Assembly (NCBI GenBank): GCA_963789825.1 | Contig: CAWBME010000006.1 | Location: forward strand, 78,612-142,611 | Direction: 5' to 3' | DNA: 64,000 bases | Origin: an uncultured Chloroflexia bacterium | GTDB taxonomy: Bacteria; Chloroflexota; Anaerolineae; Anaerolineales; E44-bin32 | Shown: piece after piece, positions 48,107 to 57,492 of the stretch | How positions within the stretch are numbered: position 1 is the stretch's first letter | How the letters are laid out: every line of letters starts with the position of its first letter | The notes under the pieces: generated by a model | Database searches by the model: none | The model's input: only the letters and a program-made list of their open reading frames with translations | Told to the model about the DNA's origin: nothing | Program-made: the position numbers and the translations under genes

Positions 48107-49383
48107 CCGTCGCTCCCGATGGGCGCCGGCCAGGCCAGTCCACCGGGAAACAAGTGGACCTGCACCGGTGCGCCGGCTCGCAGACCCGTCACCTCCGGCG
48201 GTATGCGCAGGAAGCCGTCGGCGCGTATCAGCGTGAAGATCAGGTTGGAGCGCCCGTGCACCGGCACCGCCTGCATCCCGTTCGAAACGGGCTCGAGCGC
48301 CACCGGGACAAAGTCCTCCCGGCCGGCCTCCGAAGGTACGTTCTCGCTCAACCTGGCTGGCACGGCGGGCGCGATCATCGACCGCTTGACGCCGAGCATC
48401 GCCTGGATCATCGGAACCGCCAGGCAGTGCGCCACGATCAATGCGCTGACGGGGTTTCCCGGCAGCCCCAGCACGGGGACTTGGCCGGCGACGGCCAGGA
48501 TCGTCGGCTTGCCCGGCTTGACACGCAGTCCGTGCACCAGCAGGCCTGGAGGGCCGAGGCGGCGGATGACCTCGGCCGTTGCGTCACGCGTGCTCACCGA
48601 TGAGCCGGCCGTGACGATCACCAGCTCATTCTCGGCCACTGCCTGCCGCATCGCTTCCTCGAGCCGGTCGGGATCGTCGGGCACGATGCCGTAGCTTGTC
48701 GCCTGGCCCCCGGCCAGCTCGATCAGCGCGCGGAGCGTGCCTTCGTTGACGTCCCGCACCTGGCCCGGCGCAGGCTCCTGCACGGCGGGGACGACCTCAT
48801 CGCCGGAGGACAGAAGCCCGACTCGCACACGCCCGCGGCACTTGACGCGCTCGATACCGAGCGCCATCAGCCCGCCGATCTCTTGCGGCCTGAGCGGCGA
48901 GCCTGCCCGAAGCGCGACCTCTCCTCGACGGACGTCCTCGCCCTGCTGCAGGACGTTGGCTCCGACTTGCACCGGACGCAACACTTCGATCTCCGCCTCA
49001 CCCACCGGCTGGGTGTCTTCGAGCATCACCACCGCATCCGCCCGTGCGGGCAGCATGCCGCCGGTGTGGATCAGCGCCGCCGATCCAGGCTGCAGATCGA
49101 GTACAGCGGCAACCCCCATCGCGATCTCGCCCGACAGGTGCAAGTAGGCGGGCAGGCTGGCGCTGGCGCCGAAGGTGTCGGCGGCGATCACGGCATAACC
49201 ATCGACGGTCGAACGACGGAAGGGTGGAAGGTCGCCGGTGGCGCGGACATCATCGGCAAGGATCCGCCCAAGTGCTGCCTGAGTCGGGATCTCTTCGGGC
49301 TCGGCGCGCGGCAATGGCTGCGTCGCCTCGAGCCAGATTCGAAGTGCCTGGGAGAGATAGGCCAGCTGCAGAAACTCAGGCAT
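48103..49383 (-). CDS. moeA: MoeA-type molybdopterin molybdenumtransferase (second paralog)
   Basis: STVDGYAV, LSSGDEVVP, TAGSSVSTRDA, LPGNPVSA; ATGA overlap with the downstream MoeA-PBP gene; start ATG 49383. Confidence 0.85.
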   Translation of the reverse strand: MPEFLQLAYLSQALRIWLEATQPLPRAEPEEIPTQAALGRILADDVRATGDLPPFRRSTVDGYAVIAADTFGASASLPAYLHLSGEIAMGVAAVLDLQPGSAALIHTGGMLPARADAVVMLEDTQPVGEAEIEVLRPVQVGANVLQQGEDVRRGEVALRAGSPLRPQEIGGLMALGIERVKCRGRVRVGLLSSGDEVVPAVQEPAPGQVRDVNEGTLRALIELAGGQATSYGIVPDDPDRLEEAMRQAVAENELVIVTAGSSVSTRDATAEVIRRLGPPGLLVHGLRVKPGKPTILAVAGQVPVLGLPGNPVSALIVAHCLAVPMIQAMLGVKRSMIAPAVPARLSENVPSEAGREDFVPVALEPVSNGMQAVPVHGRSNLIFTLIRADGFLRIPPEVTGLRAGAPVQVHLFPGGLAWPAPIGSDG

Positions 49384-50297
49384 CAGGAGAGCACGTACCC
49401 GACGAGCACGACATAGATCCCCAGTCCGAACAACCCCATTGCGTTCCAATGGAGCAAGCGCCACGCCGGGGGAAAGCCCTGCCGGATGCGGAACAGCTGC
49501 CAGGCTTGCACGAGCCCCAGCGGCAGCAGGAGCAGGGAGCCTGCCGGCAGCCGCAGGGGAACGCCCTGCAGCAGGGCCAGGCCAAACAGCAGCCCGGCCG
49601 CAACCAGGGCCAAATCGTGCAGCCTCATTGCGTCCCGCCATCCGATGCGGACCATCAGGTTGCGGCGCTTCTGTGCCGTGGCGGCGGAGAAGTCCTGCAG
49701 CTGCAGCGCGAGCAGCATCGCGAAGTGCAGCGCAACCAACGGTGCCGCGCTCACCATTACCAGGCGGTGGGACTCGCCCGTCTGCAGCGCGAAGGCATAC
49801 GACGGGACGAGGAGGGCGAGAGCGAAGGAGGCCAACAGCTCGCCATATCCCGAGTAGCGCAGGCTGAGCGGAGGGACGGCGAGCCAGAAACCGGTGAGGA
49901 AGATCAGCAACAGCAGCACCCAGGCCAGCAGGGGCGGGGAACTGGTGATCAGCTGCCCGGTCGTTACCACGGCCAGCAGACCGCCACTCACAATCGCTGC
50001 CGAGAGGGGCGTCGTGCGCGAGAAGGCAGGCGCCCGTTCATCGACCTTCGCCGGATCCGCAGACGCCGGGGCAGGCGGCGGGCGGAAACGCCAGTCGTCC
50101 AGCGCCAGGAGGTAGTGGGTGGTCAGCTGCACCAGCCAGATCGCAGCCAGGCCGGAGACAGCGTCGTTGGCGGCGATCGACAGACCCAGATAGTCCGCGA
50201 CCGCCAGGCCACAGGCGTAGAGCCCCGCGCCAGCCGCGAGATACGCCGGTCGGCTGATGCGAGCGAACTCCACCAGTGCGCTGCGCCGGCCGGTCAC
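49383..50297 (-). CDS. polytopic membrane protein, divergent UbiA-prenyltransferase-like
   Basis: About 8 hydrophobic helices; UbiA-like landmarks are degenerate (QLTTHYLLALDDW for NxxxDxxxD; YSGYGELLASFA; LQDFSAATAQKRRNLMVRIG); GTG start overlaps the cupin stop (GTGA); stop overlaps the moeA ATG (TGATG). Confidence 0.5.
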   Translation of the reverse strand: MTGRRSALVEFARISRPAYLAAGAGLYACGLAVADYLGLSIAANDAVSGLAAIWLVQLTTHYLLALDDWRFRPPPAPASADPAKVDERAPAFSRTTPLSAAIVSGGLLAVVTTGQLITSSPPLLAWVLLLLIFLTGFWLAVPPLSLRYSGYGELLASFALALLVPSYAFALQTGESHRLVMVSAAPLVALHFAMLLALQLQDFSAATAQKRRNLMVRIGWRDAMRLHDLALVAAGLLFGLALLQGVPLRLPAGSLLLLPLGLVQAWQLFRIRQGFPPAWRLLHWNAMGLFGLGIYVVLVGYVLS

Positions 50298-50731
50298 CAG
50301 TCCTCCGGCCAAGGCAATTCCGAACCCACGGACTTGCCTTCTGGCTCGTGCGTGCTCAACCGAATGAGCACGCAAGGCTGGCTGCAGCGCATCCCGAAGG
50401 CTACCCCGAAGGGAACAAGCCAGAGCAAGGGAGGCAGGGCCCGCCATCGGTGCTCACCGCCGCGCGTGGGGGAGCCGCGGCGCTCGTCGCGCCAGAACAG
50501 GTCCGCTGCCCCGGATTCGAGCACCCAGGCATCATCGGCGACCGGCTGCAGGCGCGGACCGAAGGTGGCGCCGGCTGGCAGGCGGATGAGCTCCGCCACG
50601 CCGAAGCGGCGCATCAGATGGTCAGAATGAGCCAGCAGGCGCAGATGGGCGGCGCCGCCCTCCAGGTTGGTCTCCAGGGGCCGGAGGTACAAGTCGTGGA
50701 TTGGGTAACGGGGACGGTCACCCAATTGCAT
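50294..50731 (-). CDS. cupin-fold protein (RmlC/dTDP-sugar-epimerase-like)
   Basis: 145 aa; LRLLAHSDHLMRRFGVAEL...LLWLVPFGVAFGM resembles the RmlC-like cupin core. Confidence 0.5.
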   Translation of the reverse strand: MQLGDRPRYPIHDLYLRPLETNLEGGAAHLRLLAHSDHLMRRFGVAELIRLPAGATFGPRLQPVADDAWVLESGAADLFWRDERRGSPTRGGEHRWRALPPLLWLVPFGVAFGMRCSQPCVLIRLSTHEPEGKSVGSELPWPEDW

Positions 50732-51041
50732 CGGATCTCCAGCACCTGCGGGCGATCCCCCCGTTCGCCTCGCGACCGGCCATTGCGGCCTCATGCTTGC
50801 CAGCCTGACGAACCTCAGGTTGTTGGGCAGTTCGAGAGCGTCGACCCGGCAATGCGCCTCGACCCCCTAGTATTCGGTGACAAGATACAGCCGGCCCATG
50901 GGAGCAGGTGAGCCTGCCCAGCCTCGCGCTGGCGATGGCCAGGGGCCTCGGCCACACCGGCCAGCAACAGACACGGCCAGGCGGTGTGCCTGACGTCGGC
51001 CTTGGCAAGGCCAAGGCGAGCGAAGGCGGGCCGGTCCGGCA

Positions 51042-51579
51042 TCAGGCGCCTCCTGGCGCTCCATCCCGTGGCGGGAGGCTGCTTTCTGCCGGAAGCGGGG
51101 ACCCCGAGGCGAGGACTTTGCGGATATCGCGTTGGTGCAGCTGGTTGTGGCGGTGGATCAGCTTCAGCATCTCGCCGATCGCAATCTCACCGAACCATGG
51201 ATGGCGGCCGCGTTGGATCAAGTCCTCGGGTCGAAGCCGCCGCGCCAACTCGATCGTGCTGGCGCGGGCAGCGGCGAATGCCTGCAAGAGCGCCTCTGCG
51301 GCCTGGCCGTGCAAGGCGCCAACCTCTGCCTCGTTGAAATGATCGATGTCGAATCCGAGTGGCGCCCCTCGGCCACCGGCCAGCACGTCTTCCAGCAGGG
51401 CCTGGAAGGCGACCTCGGCGGAGGTGAAGTGGGCCAGGATGTCACGAATGTGCCAGCCAGACCCCGTCGAATAGACCTGCGCCTCCCAGGCCGATTTCGG
51501 GCAGTGAGCGAAAGAACTCGAGGCTCTTGTCGCCTTCCTGCTCGAGGCGCTGTGCCAGGTGCTGGACCTCTTCGGTCAC
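51042..51579 (-). CDS. DinB/YfiT-like metal-dependent four-helix-bundle protein (apparent +1 frameshift near 51475)
   Basis: WHIRDILAHFTSAE..., MLKLIHRHNQLHQRDI His-rich DinB-superfamily pattern; GTG start with GAGGAG SD. Confidence 0.6.
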
Positions 51580-51589
51580 GCTGTGCTCC

Positions 51590-52318
51590 TCAGGTGAGCG
51601 TGTCGCCGCCATCGACGACGATCGTCTCGCCGGTGATGAAGTCGTTCTCCGCCAGGAACAGCACGGCCTGGACAACGTGCTCAGGCCTACCGGCCCGGCG
51701 AAGCGGCAGCGCTCCGCCAATCTGCTCCCAGCGCGCGGCGGGCATGGCTTCGGGCTTGAGCACAGGGCCGGGAGCGATGCCATTCACCCGCACATCGGGC
51801 GCAAGCCGCAACGCGGCCACCCGGGTGAGCATGTCCACACCGGCCTTGCTGATGGCATGGATCGGGAATCGCGACCAGGGCCGCTGACCGGCGAGGTCCG
51901 AGATGTTGATGACCACGCCGCCACGCGCTTGCATGCGCAGGGCTGCCTGCTGCAAACAGAAGAAGGCGCCCTTCAGGTTCAGCGCCATGGTGCGCTGCCA
52001 GTCGTCCTCGGTCGCCGTCAGAAGATCGACGGCCTGCATGATCGCCGCCGAGTTGACCAGAAGGTCAAGCTGAGGGAAGCAGCCGTCGAAGGACTCGTAC
52101 AGCTGGTGGACCCCCTCGAGCCGGGAGAGGTCAGCCTGGGCAACGTGGGCCTGCACGCCGAGGGCATTGGCCCGGCGGGCGATCTCGGTGGCCGGCTTCG
52201 GGCTGGCGTGGTGGTGGATGAGCAGATTGCAGCCGCGGCCGGCCAGCCCCTCGGCGATGGCCGCGCCCAGCCGGTGCCCGGCGCCGGTGACGATGGCGGT
52301 CTTCCCCTGCAGCAGCAT
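51590..52318 (-). CDS. short-chain dehydrogenase/reductase (pteridine-reductase-like)
   Basis: TAIVTGAGHRLG, LVNSAA, INISD; the catalytic YxxxK position reads HAISK. Confidence 0.8.
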   Translation of the reverse strand: MLLQGKTAIVTGAGHRLGAAIAEGLAGRGCNLLIHHHASPKPATEIARRANALGVQAHVAQADLSRLEGVHQLYESFDGCFPQLDLLVNSAAIMQAVDLLTATEDDWQRTMALNLKGAFFCLQQAALRMQARGGVVINISDLAGQRPWSRFPIHAISKAGVDMLTRVAALRLAPDVRVNGIAPGPVLKPEAMPAARWEQIGGALPLRRAGRPEHVVQAVLFLAENDFITGETIVVDGGDTLT

Positions 52319-52386
52319 GCGGCTCCTCGGCCGGACGGGCCGGCTCGCCGGAGATTGTACCCGCGCGCAACCGCCTGGCGGGACGA

Positions 52387-53346
52387 TCAGCCGCGCAAAT
52401 AGTTGGAGAGGAAGAACCACACGTTCGCCGGCCGCTCGGCCAGACGCCGCATGAAGTACGGGTACCAATGCGTCCCGTAGGGAACGTACACCCGCACGGG
52501 ATAGCCGGCCTGCGCCAGCGCCAGTTGCAGGTCGGTCCGTATGCCGTGCAGCATCTGGAACTCGAGCGCCGACTTGGGGAGGCCGACCTGCGCGGCGTAG
52601 CGTCGGGCGAAGTCGATCCGCTTCTCGTCGTGGGAGGCGATAGCCGGGAGCGCCGGCATCTTACCGTCGGCAGAGGCGGGCGGGGCGCCTTGGGCGAGTG
52701 CGCCGTCCACCAGCATGGCGGCAAGCGTGTCGAAGTTCAGGTCGACGTCCGCTTTGCGCGGGAAGGCGAGGTGCGCCGGCTCGCGGTAGGCGCCTTTGCA
52801 CAGGCGGATCCGGGTCGGCGCAACCAGCAGCGATTGAACATCGGCCTGGCTGCGAAACAAATAGGCCTGGATGACCAGGCCGGTGTTCTTCAATCCCTCG
52901 CCCCGCAGTGTGCGGAAGATGTCCAGCGTCCGGTCGACGCTCGAAGAATCCTCCATGTCGACACGAACGAACACGCCGCACTTGGCGGCCTTGCGCAAGA
53001 TGCGGCGCAGGTTGCCCAGGCACAAGGCATCGTCCAGCCCCAGCCCGAGCTGGGTGAGTTTCAACGAGGCGTTGGATCGGACGCCCGAGGCGCAGATGCG
53101 GTCGATGATCTCGAGATAATCGTCCGCTGCTCGCCGGGCCTCGTCGGGGGTCGTCACGTGTTCCCCGAGGTGGTCGAGCGTTGCGAAAAGCCCCTGCTGG
53201 TTCAGTTTGGCCACTGCCCGGATGGCGTCCTCCAGCCCTTCACCGGCGATGAAGCGCGCCGCCGCCCGGCGGGAGAAGCCCCAGCGCATAATGAGGTCTT
53301 TGGCCCAGGTTGCCTGGGACAGGTACAGGAAGAAGGCTCTCAGCAC
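52387..53346 (-). CDS. proline dehydrogenase (monofunctional)
   Basis: ATLDHLGE, VRVDMEDS, GLVIQAYL, RLCKGAY, ASHD, EFQMLHG, YVPYG..WYPYFMRRLAERPANV; start approximate (GTG 53346). Confidence 0.88.
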   Translation of the reverse strand: MLRAFFLYLSQATWAKDLIMRWGFSRRAAARFIAGEGLEDAIRAVAKLNQQGLFATLDHLGEHVTTPDEARRAADDYLEIIDRICASGVRSNASLKLTQLGLGLDDALCLGNLRRILRKAAKCGVFVRVDMEDSSSVDRTLDIFRTLRGEGLKNTGLVIQAYLFRSQADVQSLLVAPTRIRLCKGAYREPAHLAFPRKADVDLNFDTLAAMLVDGALAQGAPPASADGKMPALPAIASHDEKRIDFARRYAAQVGLPKSALEFQMLHGIRTDLQLALAQAGYPVRVYVPYGTHWYPYFMRRLAERPANVWFFLSNYLRG

Positions 53347-53552
53347 GGCAAGACTCCGCAGGGGGACTTCCAGCTGGCAGCCCGGATCGGCCGCCAGGTC
53401 GTGTCCAGGGACGCGGTACGGTCGACGCCGGGACGCACCTGCTGGCAAGCAGACCGCGCCCATTGTATGTCGGCGCAGGGAGGGGGCAACTGCCGGACGG
53501 CAGGCGGGTGGCTGCAGGTCTTCCGGCCTGGCAAGGCATGCCGGGGGCCAGG

Positions 53553-53561
53553 TGGTACACT
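53553..53561 (+). promoter_or_regulatory. extended -10 promoter (leaderless configuration) for LCP copy 2
   Basis: TGGTACACT; 9 nt between the -10 hexamer and ATG 53571. Confidence 0.4.
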
Positions 53562-53570
53562 TCCGCCCCC

Positions 53571-54485
53571 ATGTCTACGGATCCGCGTGCCTACCAGCCC
53601 TACCTGCAGGGCGTCGTCAATTCCTTCGATTCGACTCGGCCGCATCGGGTGCCGGCGCGGGCCCGGCGGGGTTGGGGCCGAGTTGCGGCTGCAGCCCTCG
53701 GCCTGGTTCTGGGCCTCTCGCTGGCGGTGTACCTGTTCCTGCCGCTTCGGTCGAATATCCTGCTGCTCGGTATCGACAGCCGGCCCCAGGAGACCCAGGT
53801 CTCTCGCACCGACACCATGGTCCTGACGACGGTGTTGCCCCCCCAGCCCTACGTCGGCATGCTCTCGATACCGAGGGATCTGTGGGTGACCATCCCAGGC
53901 GTCGGCGAGAACCGCATCAACACGGCGCATTTCTTCGCCGAGAACGCCTCGCCGGGGACGGGGCCTGCGGCGGCTAAGCAAGCCGTAGCTCTGAACTTCG
54001 GCGTCAATGTGCCCTACTACATGCGGATCCGGTTCGAAGGGCTGGTGCAGTTCGTCGACGCGCTGGGGGGGGTGGAAGTCGATCTGTCTGCGCCCATGTC
54101 CGGGTACGAGGCCGGGCGGCACCTGCTGGACGGCAAGCAGGCGCTGGCCTTCGTGCGCGACCGCCAGGGGACCGATGACTTCTTCCGCATGCAACGCGGC
54201 CAGATGTTCTTGCAGGGCGTGATGCGTCGGGTGCTCAACCCGGTCACCTGGCCACGCCTGCCGGCTGCAACTGCGGTCCTGGTGGCGTCCGTAGACACGG
54301 ACCTGCCGGTGATCCTCTGGCCACAGATCGGCGTCGCAATTCTGCGCGCAGGTCCGGAGGGCATCGACGGGCGGACGATTACGCGCGAGATGGCCCGTGG
54401 TTTCACCACCGCCGGGGGGGCGGCGGTCTTGGCGCCGCAGTGGCAGGCGATCAATCCAGTGCTGCTGGAGATGTTTGGACAATAG
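53571..54485 (+). CDS. LytR-CpsA-Psr (LCP) family protein, copy 2
   Basis: TM anchor, RTDTMVL..MLSIPRDLWV..NRINTAH..LVQFVDALGGVEV..ALAFVRDRQG. Confidence 0.85.
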   Translation: MSTDPRAYQPYLQGVVNSFDSTRPHRVPARARRGWGRVAAAALGLVLGLSLAVYLFLPLRSNILLLGIDSRPQETQVSRTDTMVLTTVLPPQPYVGMLSIPRDLWVTIPGVGENRINTAHFFAENASPGTGPAAAKQAVALNFGVNVPYYMRIRFEGLVQFVDALGGVEVDLSAPMSGYEAGRHLLDGKQALAFVRDRQGTDDFFRMQRGQMFLQGVMRRVLNPVTWPRLPAATAVLVASVDTDLPVILWPQIGVAILRAGPEGIDGRTITREMARGFTTAGGAAVLAPQWQAINPVLLEMFGQ

Positions 54486-54656
54486 CCCGGGCGTTGAGAT
54501 CGGGTTGAGACTGAGCGGGCAGACTGAAGGTGGCTAGGAGGGCTGCGGCTCAGGGGGACGGACGCGAGCCTCCGGCTTTCCTGGCCACCCTTGCGGCAGC
54601 TCCGGGCGGGAGCTCCCTTGCGACGACATAGCCACCTCCAAGGTGCCCGGTAGAGC

Positions 54657-54687
54657 ATCGCCCCGACCACCTGCCGGTCGGGGCGAT
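54657..54687. terminator. strong hairpin between convergent genes
   Basis: Perfect 12-bp stem ATCGCCCCGACC/GGTCGGGGCGAT with 7-nt loop; no clear U tract on either side. Confidence 0.35.
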
Positions 54688-54744
54688 CGATTCGCCGGGC
54701 AACGGATAGCGCCCCGGATGGAGGTTCGCTATGTCCTCGATCGC

Positions 54745-55299
54745 CTACCCGACGAGGCGATAGAACTCATGCGATCCGTGGGAGGCGCAGGTCAGCAGCC
54801 GCTGGAACCATGCCTGGAACACCGGGCCCCCGAACATCTGTTGGCGGTGCTCGTCCCAGGCTCGCAGGCCCGCTGTCTCGACCTCGAGCACGGCGCTGAA
54901 CATCCGGCCGCTGGCGTCGGTCAAGACCCGCGGACGGGTGGCGACGCCACAGTCCGCCAGCATGGCGCCATGGTCCTTCAGCAGGCTCACGGTCTCATGC
55001 ACCCGCCACTCCAGCGCCCGGAAGCAGCTGCGCACGACGATCGCGCCTGGGCCAGACCAGCCGTCGATATCTTGTTCGACGTGGAAGAACTCCCGCTCGC
55101 CATCCTCGACGAACTGCTCCCTGTCCTTGAACCAGGCATCGTTCTCGGGGCGGGCGAACAGCGAGTGCAGGCCGTCCTCCCAGGTCTGGTTTGACGGAAA
55201 GTGCAGCGCCTGGCGCAGTGTGCACATCGGGCCGGACGGATCGGCAAGCAGCTCGGAGCGCATGCCGCCGGGAAAGAAGTCCGCCGGTGCAGCTTCCAT
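54745..55299 (-). CDS. hypothetical protein
   Basis: 184-aa ORF with coding-like composition and acidic/aromatic-rich globular sequence; no motif I can name. Confidence 0.45.
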   Translation of the reverse strand: MEAAPADFFPGGMRSELLADPSGPMCTLRQALHFPSNQTWEDGLHSLFARPENDAWFKDREQFVEDGEREFFHVEQDIDGWSGPGAIVVRSCFRALEWRVHETVSLLKDHGAMLADCGVATRPRVLTDASGRMFSAVLEVETAGLRAWDEHRQQMFGGPVFQAWFQRLLTCASHGSHEFYRLVG

Positions 55300-55523
55300 C
55301 AGACGTTCAGACGTTGGAAGTGTTTGACCGCGCCGTCGATTCTGCCGAAACGGATGTGGAGGGTGCCGCGCACCTGGATCCTAGGCAAACCCTCTCCGGC
55401 TGCGGGATGGGCGGACCAACGGCGTGTTGGAAACCTGCTCAGTTCCGACAAGCACCGTGCGGAGCGCGGATTTCCATGGCAGCAGAATTCCCCGTGGCCC
55501 GCGGCTCCCTGGCTGCAGTGCCT

Positions 55524-55551
55524 TTGCCGCGCAGCGTGGGGCTGGTATAAT
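55524..55551 (+). promoter_or_regulatory. promoter of tRNA-Lys
   Basis: TTGCCG, 16 nt spacer including TGG, TATAAT (55546-55551); the tRNA starts 11 nt downstream. Confidence 0.5.
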
Positions 55552-55561
55552 GGCAAGCGTT

Positions 55562-55638
55562 GGCCCACTAGCTCAATTTGGCAGAGCAGCTGACTCTTAA
55601 TCAGTTGGTTGAGGGTTCGAGTCCCCCGTGGGTCACCA
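55562..55638 (+). tRNA. tRNA-Lys (anticodon CTT), CCA encoded
   Basis: Acceptor GGCCCAC/GTGGGTC, D arm GCTC..GAGC, anticodon loop CTCTTAA, T loop TTCGAGT, 3' ACCA; one A-C mismatch in the T stem. Confidence 0.85.
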
Positions 55639-55642
55639 CCTG

Positions 55643-55660
55643 GGCCCCCGCAAGGGGGCC
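55643..55660 (+). terminator. hairpin immediately after tRNA-Lys
   Basis: GGCCCCC-GCAA-GGGGGCC, followed by TGATCTGCT. Confidence 0.45.
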
Positions 55661-55790
55661 TGATCTGCTCCCTGGAGCACCGGCGGCGGAGAGTAACTTC
55701 TACGGTGCGACAGGGTTGTCAATTAGTGCCGTCGGATTCATCCGGATTTCGCATAGCCGCTACAGAACAAAACTGGAGGGAATACCGCAC

Positions 55791-56153
55791 ATGGGTCCAA
55801 TTCTTGGCTTCATCGTCTGGCTCGTCGTCGCCGCTGTCGTTCTGCTTATCGTCGATCGCTTGAACATGGGGATCAAGGTCGGCAACTTCACCAACGCCGC
55901 GCTGGCCGCTATCGTCATCGCCATTGTCGCCGCCGTGGTCGAGTGGTTCCTGGGGTCGCTGCTGGGACTTGCGCTGCCCGGTGGTTTTCTGGGCGCGATC
56001 GTGGCGTTGCTCGTGGCTGCCGTCGTTCTGTTCTTCGCCGCACGCATCTTCAAGGGCATGACCGTTGACGGCTTCAAGGGGGCCTTCATTGGCGCCATCG
56101 GCATCGCCGTCGTCGGCTGGGTCCTGAACTGGCTGGTTGGCCTGATCTTCTGA
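55791..56153 (+). CDS. small four-helix membrane protein (YvlD/DUF360, 'phage holin family 4'-like)
   Basis: 120 aa, four hydrophobic helices, VDGFKGAFIGAIGIAVVGWVLNWL C-terminus; GGAGGG SD. Confidence 0.65.
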   Translation: MGPILGFIVWLVVAAVVLLIVDRLNMGIKVGNFTNAALAAIVIAIVAAVVEWFLGSLLGLALPGGFLGAIVALLVAAVVLFFAARIFKGMTVDGFKGAFIGAIGIAVVGWVLNWLVGLIF

Positions 56154-56522
56154 GTTGAGTGTCCGGTTCCCTGGGCCGGCGGCGCACTGATCCCGGAACC
56201 GGTACGCACATTGCGGGAGGCACATCGCCTCCCGCAGTTGATTCCAGGTGGGGCCCTCGGAGCCGTCAAGGGCTGCCACTGCACGGGAGCGCCGACGCCG
56301 CCGGTTCGACAAGGCTCGCGAATCCACCGGATGCTCCGCGTGGACATCGCGCAGGAATGGCCGTGCAACAGCCGGCTGGCTGGAATGAAGCGACTTCCTA
56401 CTTCGCAAAGCGCTCCGGAGCACCTGACCCCGGGGCAAATCACCGAAGCGGATAGAGTGCGCAGACTGGGACAGGCTTGCAAGCCACGGCGGGTGGGGTA
56501 TTGCCCGATCCCGGCAACGAAG

Positions 56523-56550
56523 GCGCCCCCTCCGCCAAGGGAGGGGGCGC
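56523..56550 (-). terminator. terminator hairpin downstream of the 56587-57492 gene
   Basis: Perfect 11-bp stem GCGCCCCCTCC/GGAGGGGGCGC, 6-nt loop, 37 nt past the stop; CTTCGTT follows on the minus strand. Confidence 0.5.
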
Positions 56551-56586
56551 AGGCAACCAGTTGAGGCAGGTGCCGGCCTGGAATGG

Positions 56587-57492
56587 CTATCCCGGCAGCG
56601 GTATGGCGACCTCTGCCAGCGCAGCCGCCCCGGCGGCTTTGCCGGTCAGCCGTCGGTAGGTGAGCGTCCAGGCGCCATTGATGAACGTCTGCAGCACCGC
56701 GTTGACAAGCAGCAGGATCGGGAAGTAGCCGAGGAAGCATAAGCCGCTCACCAACAGCCCGGCGGTGATGCTCGGCTGCTCGCCGCTGGCGAGGGCGAAG
56801 AAGAGCGGCATCATCAGTAGCAAGATCGGCAGCGCCAGGATCAATCCAATCACCAGCCCTCCGCCGAGTAGGATTAGCCCCATCAGCAACACCGGGCCGG
56901 GCTTGTTGCGCAGCACCTCCCAGCCGCGACCGAAGCTCCCCAGTGTCCTCTGGTCGTCATCGATGAGCGAGATCTGTGCCAGCGACACATAGACTCCGAG
57001 CAGGAAAGCCGCAGGCAAACCGATACACAGGATGGGCACCAGGCAGATGCCCAGGCTGCCGATGGCGGCGACGAAGATCAGCGCCGCGGCCACGATGCCG
57101 AGAAGCAAGAGCAGCAAGCGGAAGCCAAGCAGGCGCCAGAAGTACTTCGTCCCCAAGCGGAAGGCATGACCGAGGCTGATGTCCTTACCCTCATCCGCCT
57201 GCCGGAAGCCAGCAATCAGCCCCCCGGTGCCGATGACCCCGAGCACGAAGAAGACCAGAATCAGGATCAGGGCCGACACGGCGACGAGCACCCATACCCA
57301 GACAGGGATCTGCCCGATGACCTGCTCGATCTGGCCGTAAGACTGCGGTCCAGTACCTGTAGGCGAAGGACCTCCGCCACCGCTGCCCCCCCCGCCGCCC
57401 GTTCCGCAGCCGGCCAACAAGCCGAGCACCCAAAGGCCCTTGTAACGCCAGGTGATTTGCCAGGTCCGTGTTAGGACCTCACCGAAGTCCAT
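56587..57492 (-). CDS. polytopic membrane protein with N-terminal Gly-rich loop, function unknown
   Basis: MDFGEVLTRTWQITWRYKGLW..., GGGGGSGGGG loop, ~6 hydrophobic helices; GGAGGGAAGG SD before ATG 57492. Confidence 0.6.
   Translation of the reverse strand: MDFGEVLTRTWQITWRYKGLWVLGLLAGCGTGGGGGSGGGGPSPTGTGPQSYGQIEQVIGQIPVWVWVLVAVSALILILVFFVLGVIGTGGLIAGFRQADEGKDISLGHAFRLGTKYFWRLLGFRLLLLLLGIVAAALIFVAAIGSLGICLVPILCIGLPAAFLLGVYVSLAQISLIDDDQRTLGSFGRGWEVLRNKPGPVLLMGLILLGGGLVIGLILALPILLLMMPLFFALASGEQPSITAGLLVSGLCFLGYFPILLLVNAVLQTFINGAWTLTYRRLTGKAAGAAALAEVAIPLPG

Noticed and set aside
50732-51041. Moco riboswitch upstream of the cupin/UbiA-like/moeA operon.
   Set aside because: I read the minus strand of the 310-nt gap and found none of the conserved Moco-motif elements. 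It holds only a post-DinB hairpin (GCCTTGGC-CTT-GCCAAGGC).
55562-56153. Prophage remnant suggested by a 'phage holin family 4'-like gene right after a tRNA-Lys.
   Set aside because: There is no integrase, no att-like duplication of the tRNA 3' end, no other phage genes, and no compositional break. This small YvlD/DUF360-type membrane protein is common in non-phage contexts.
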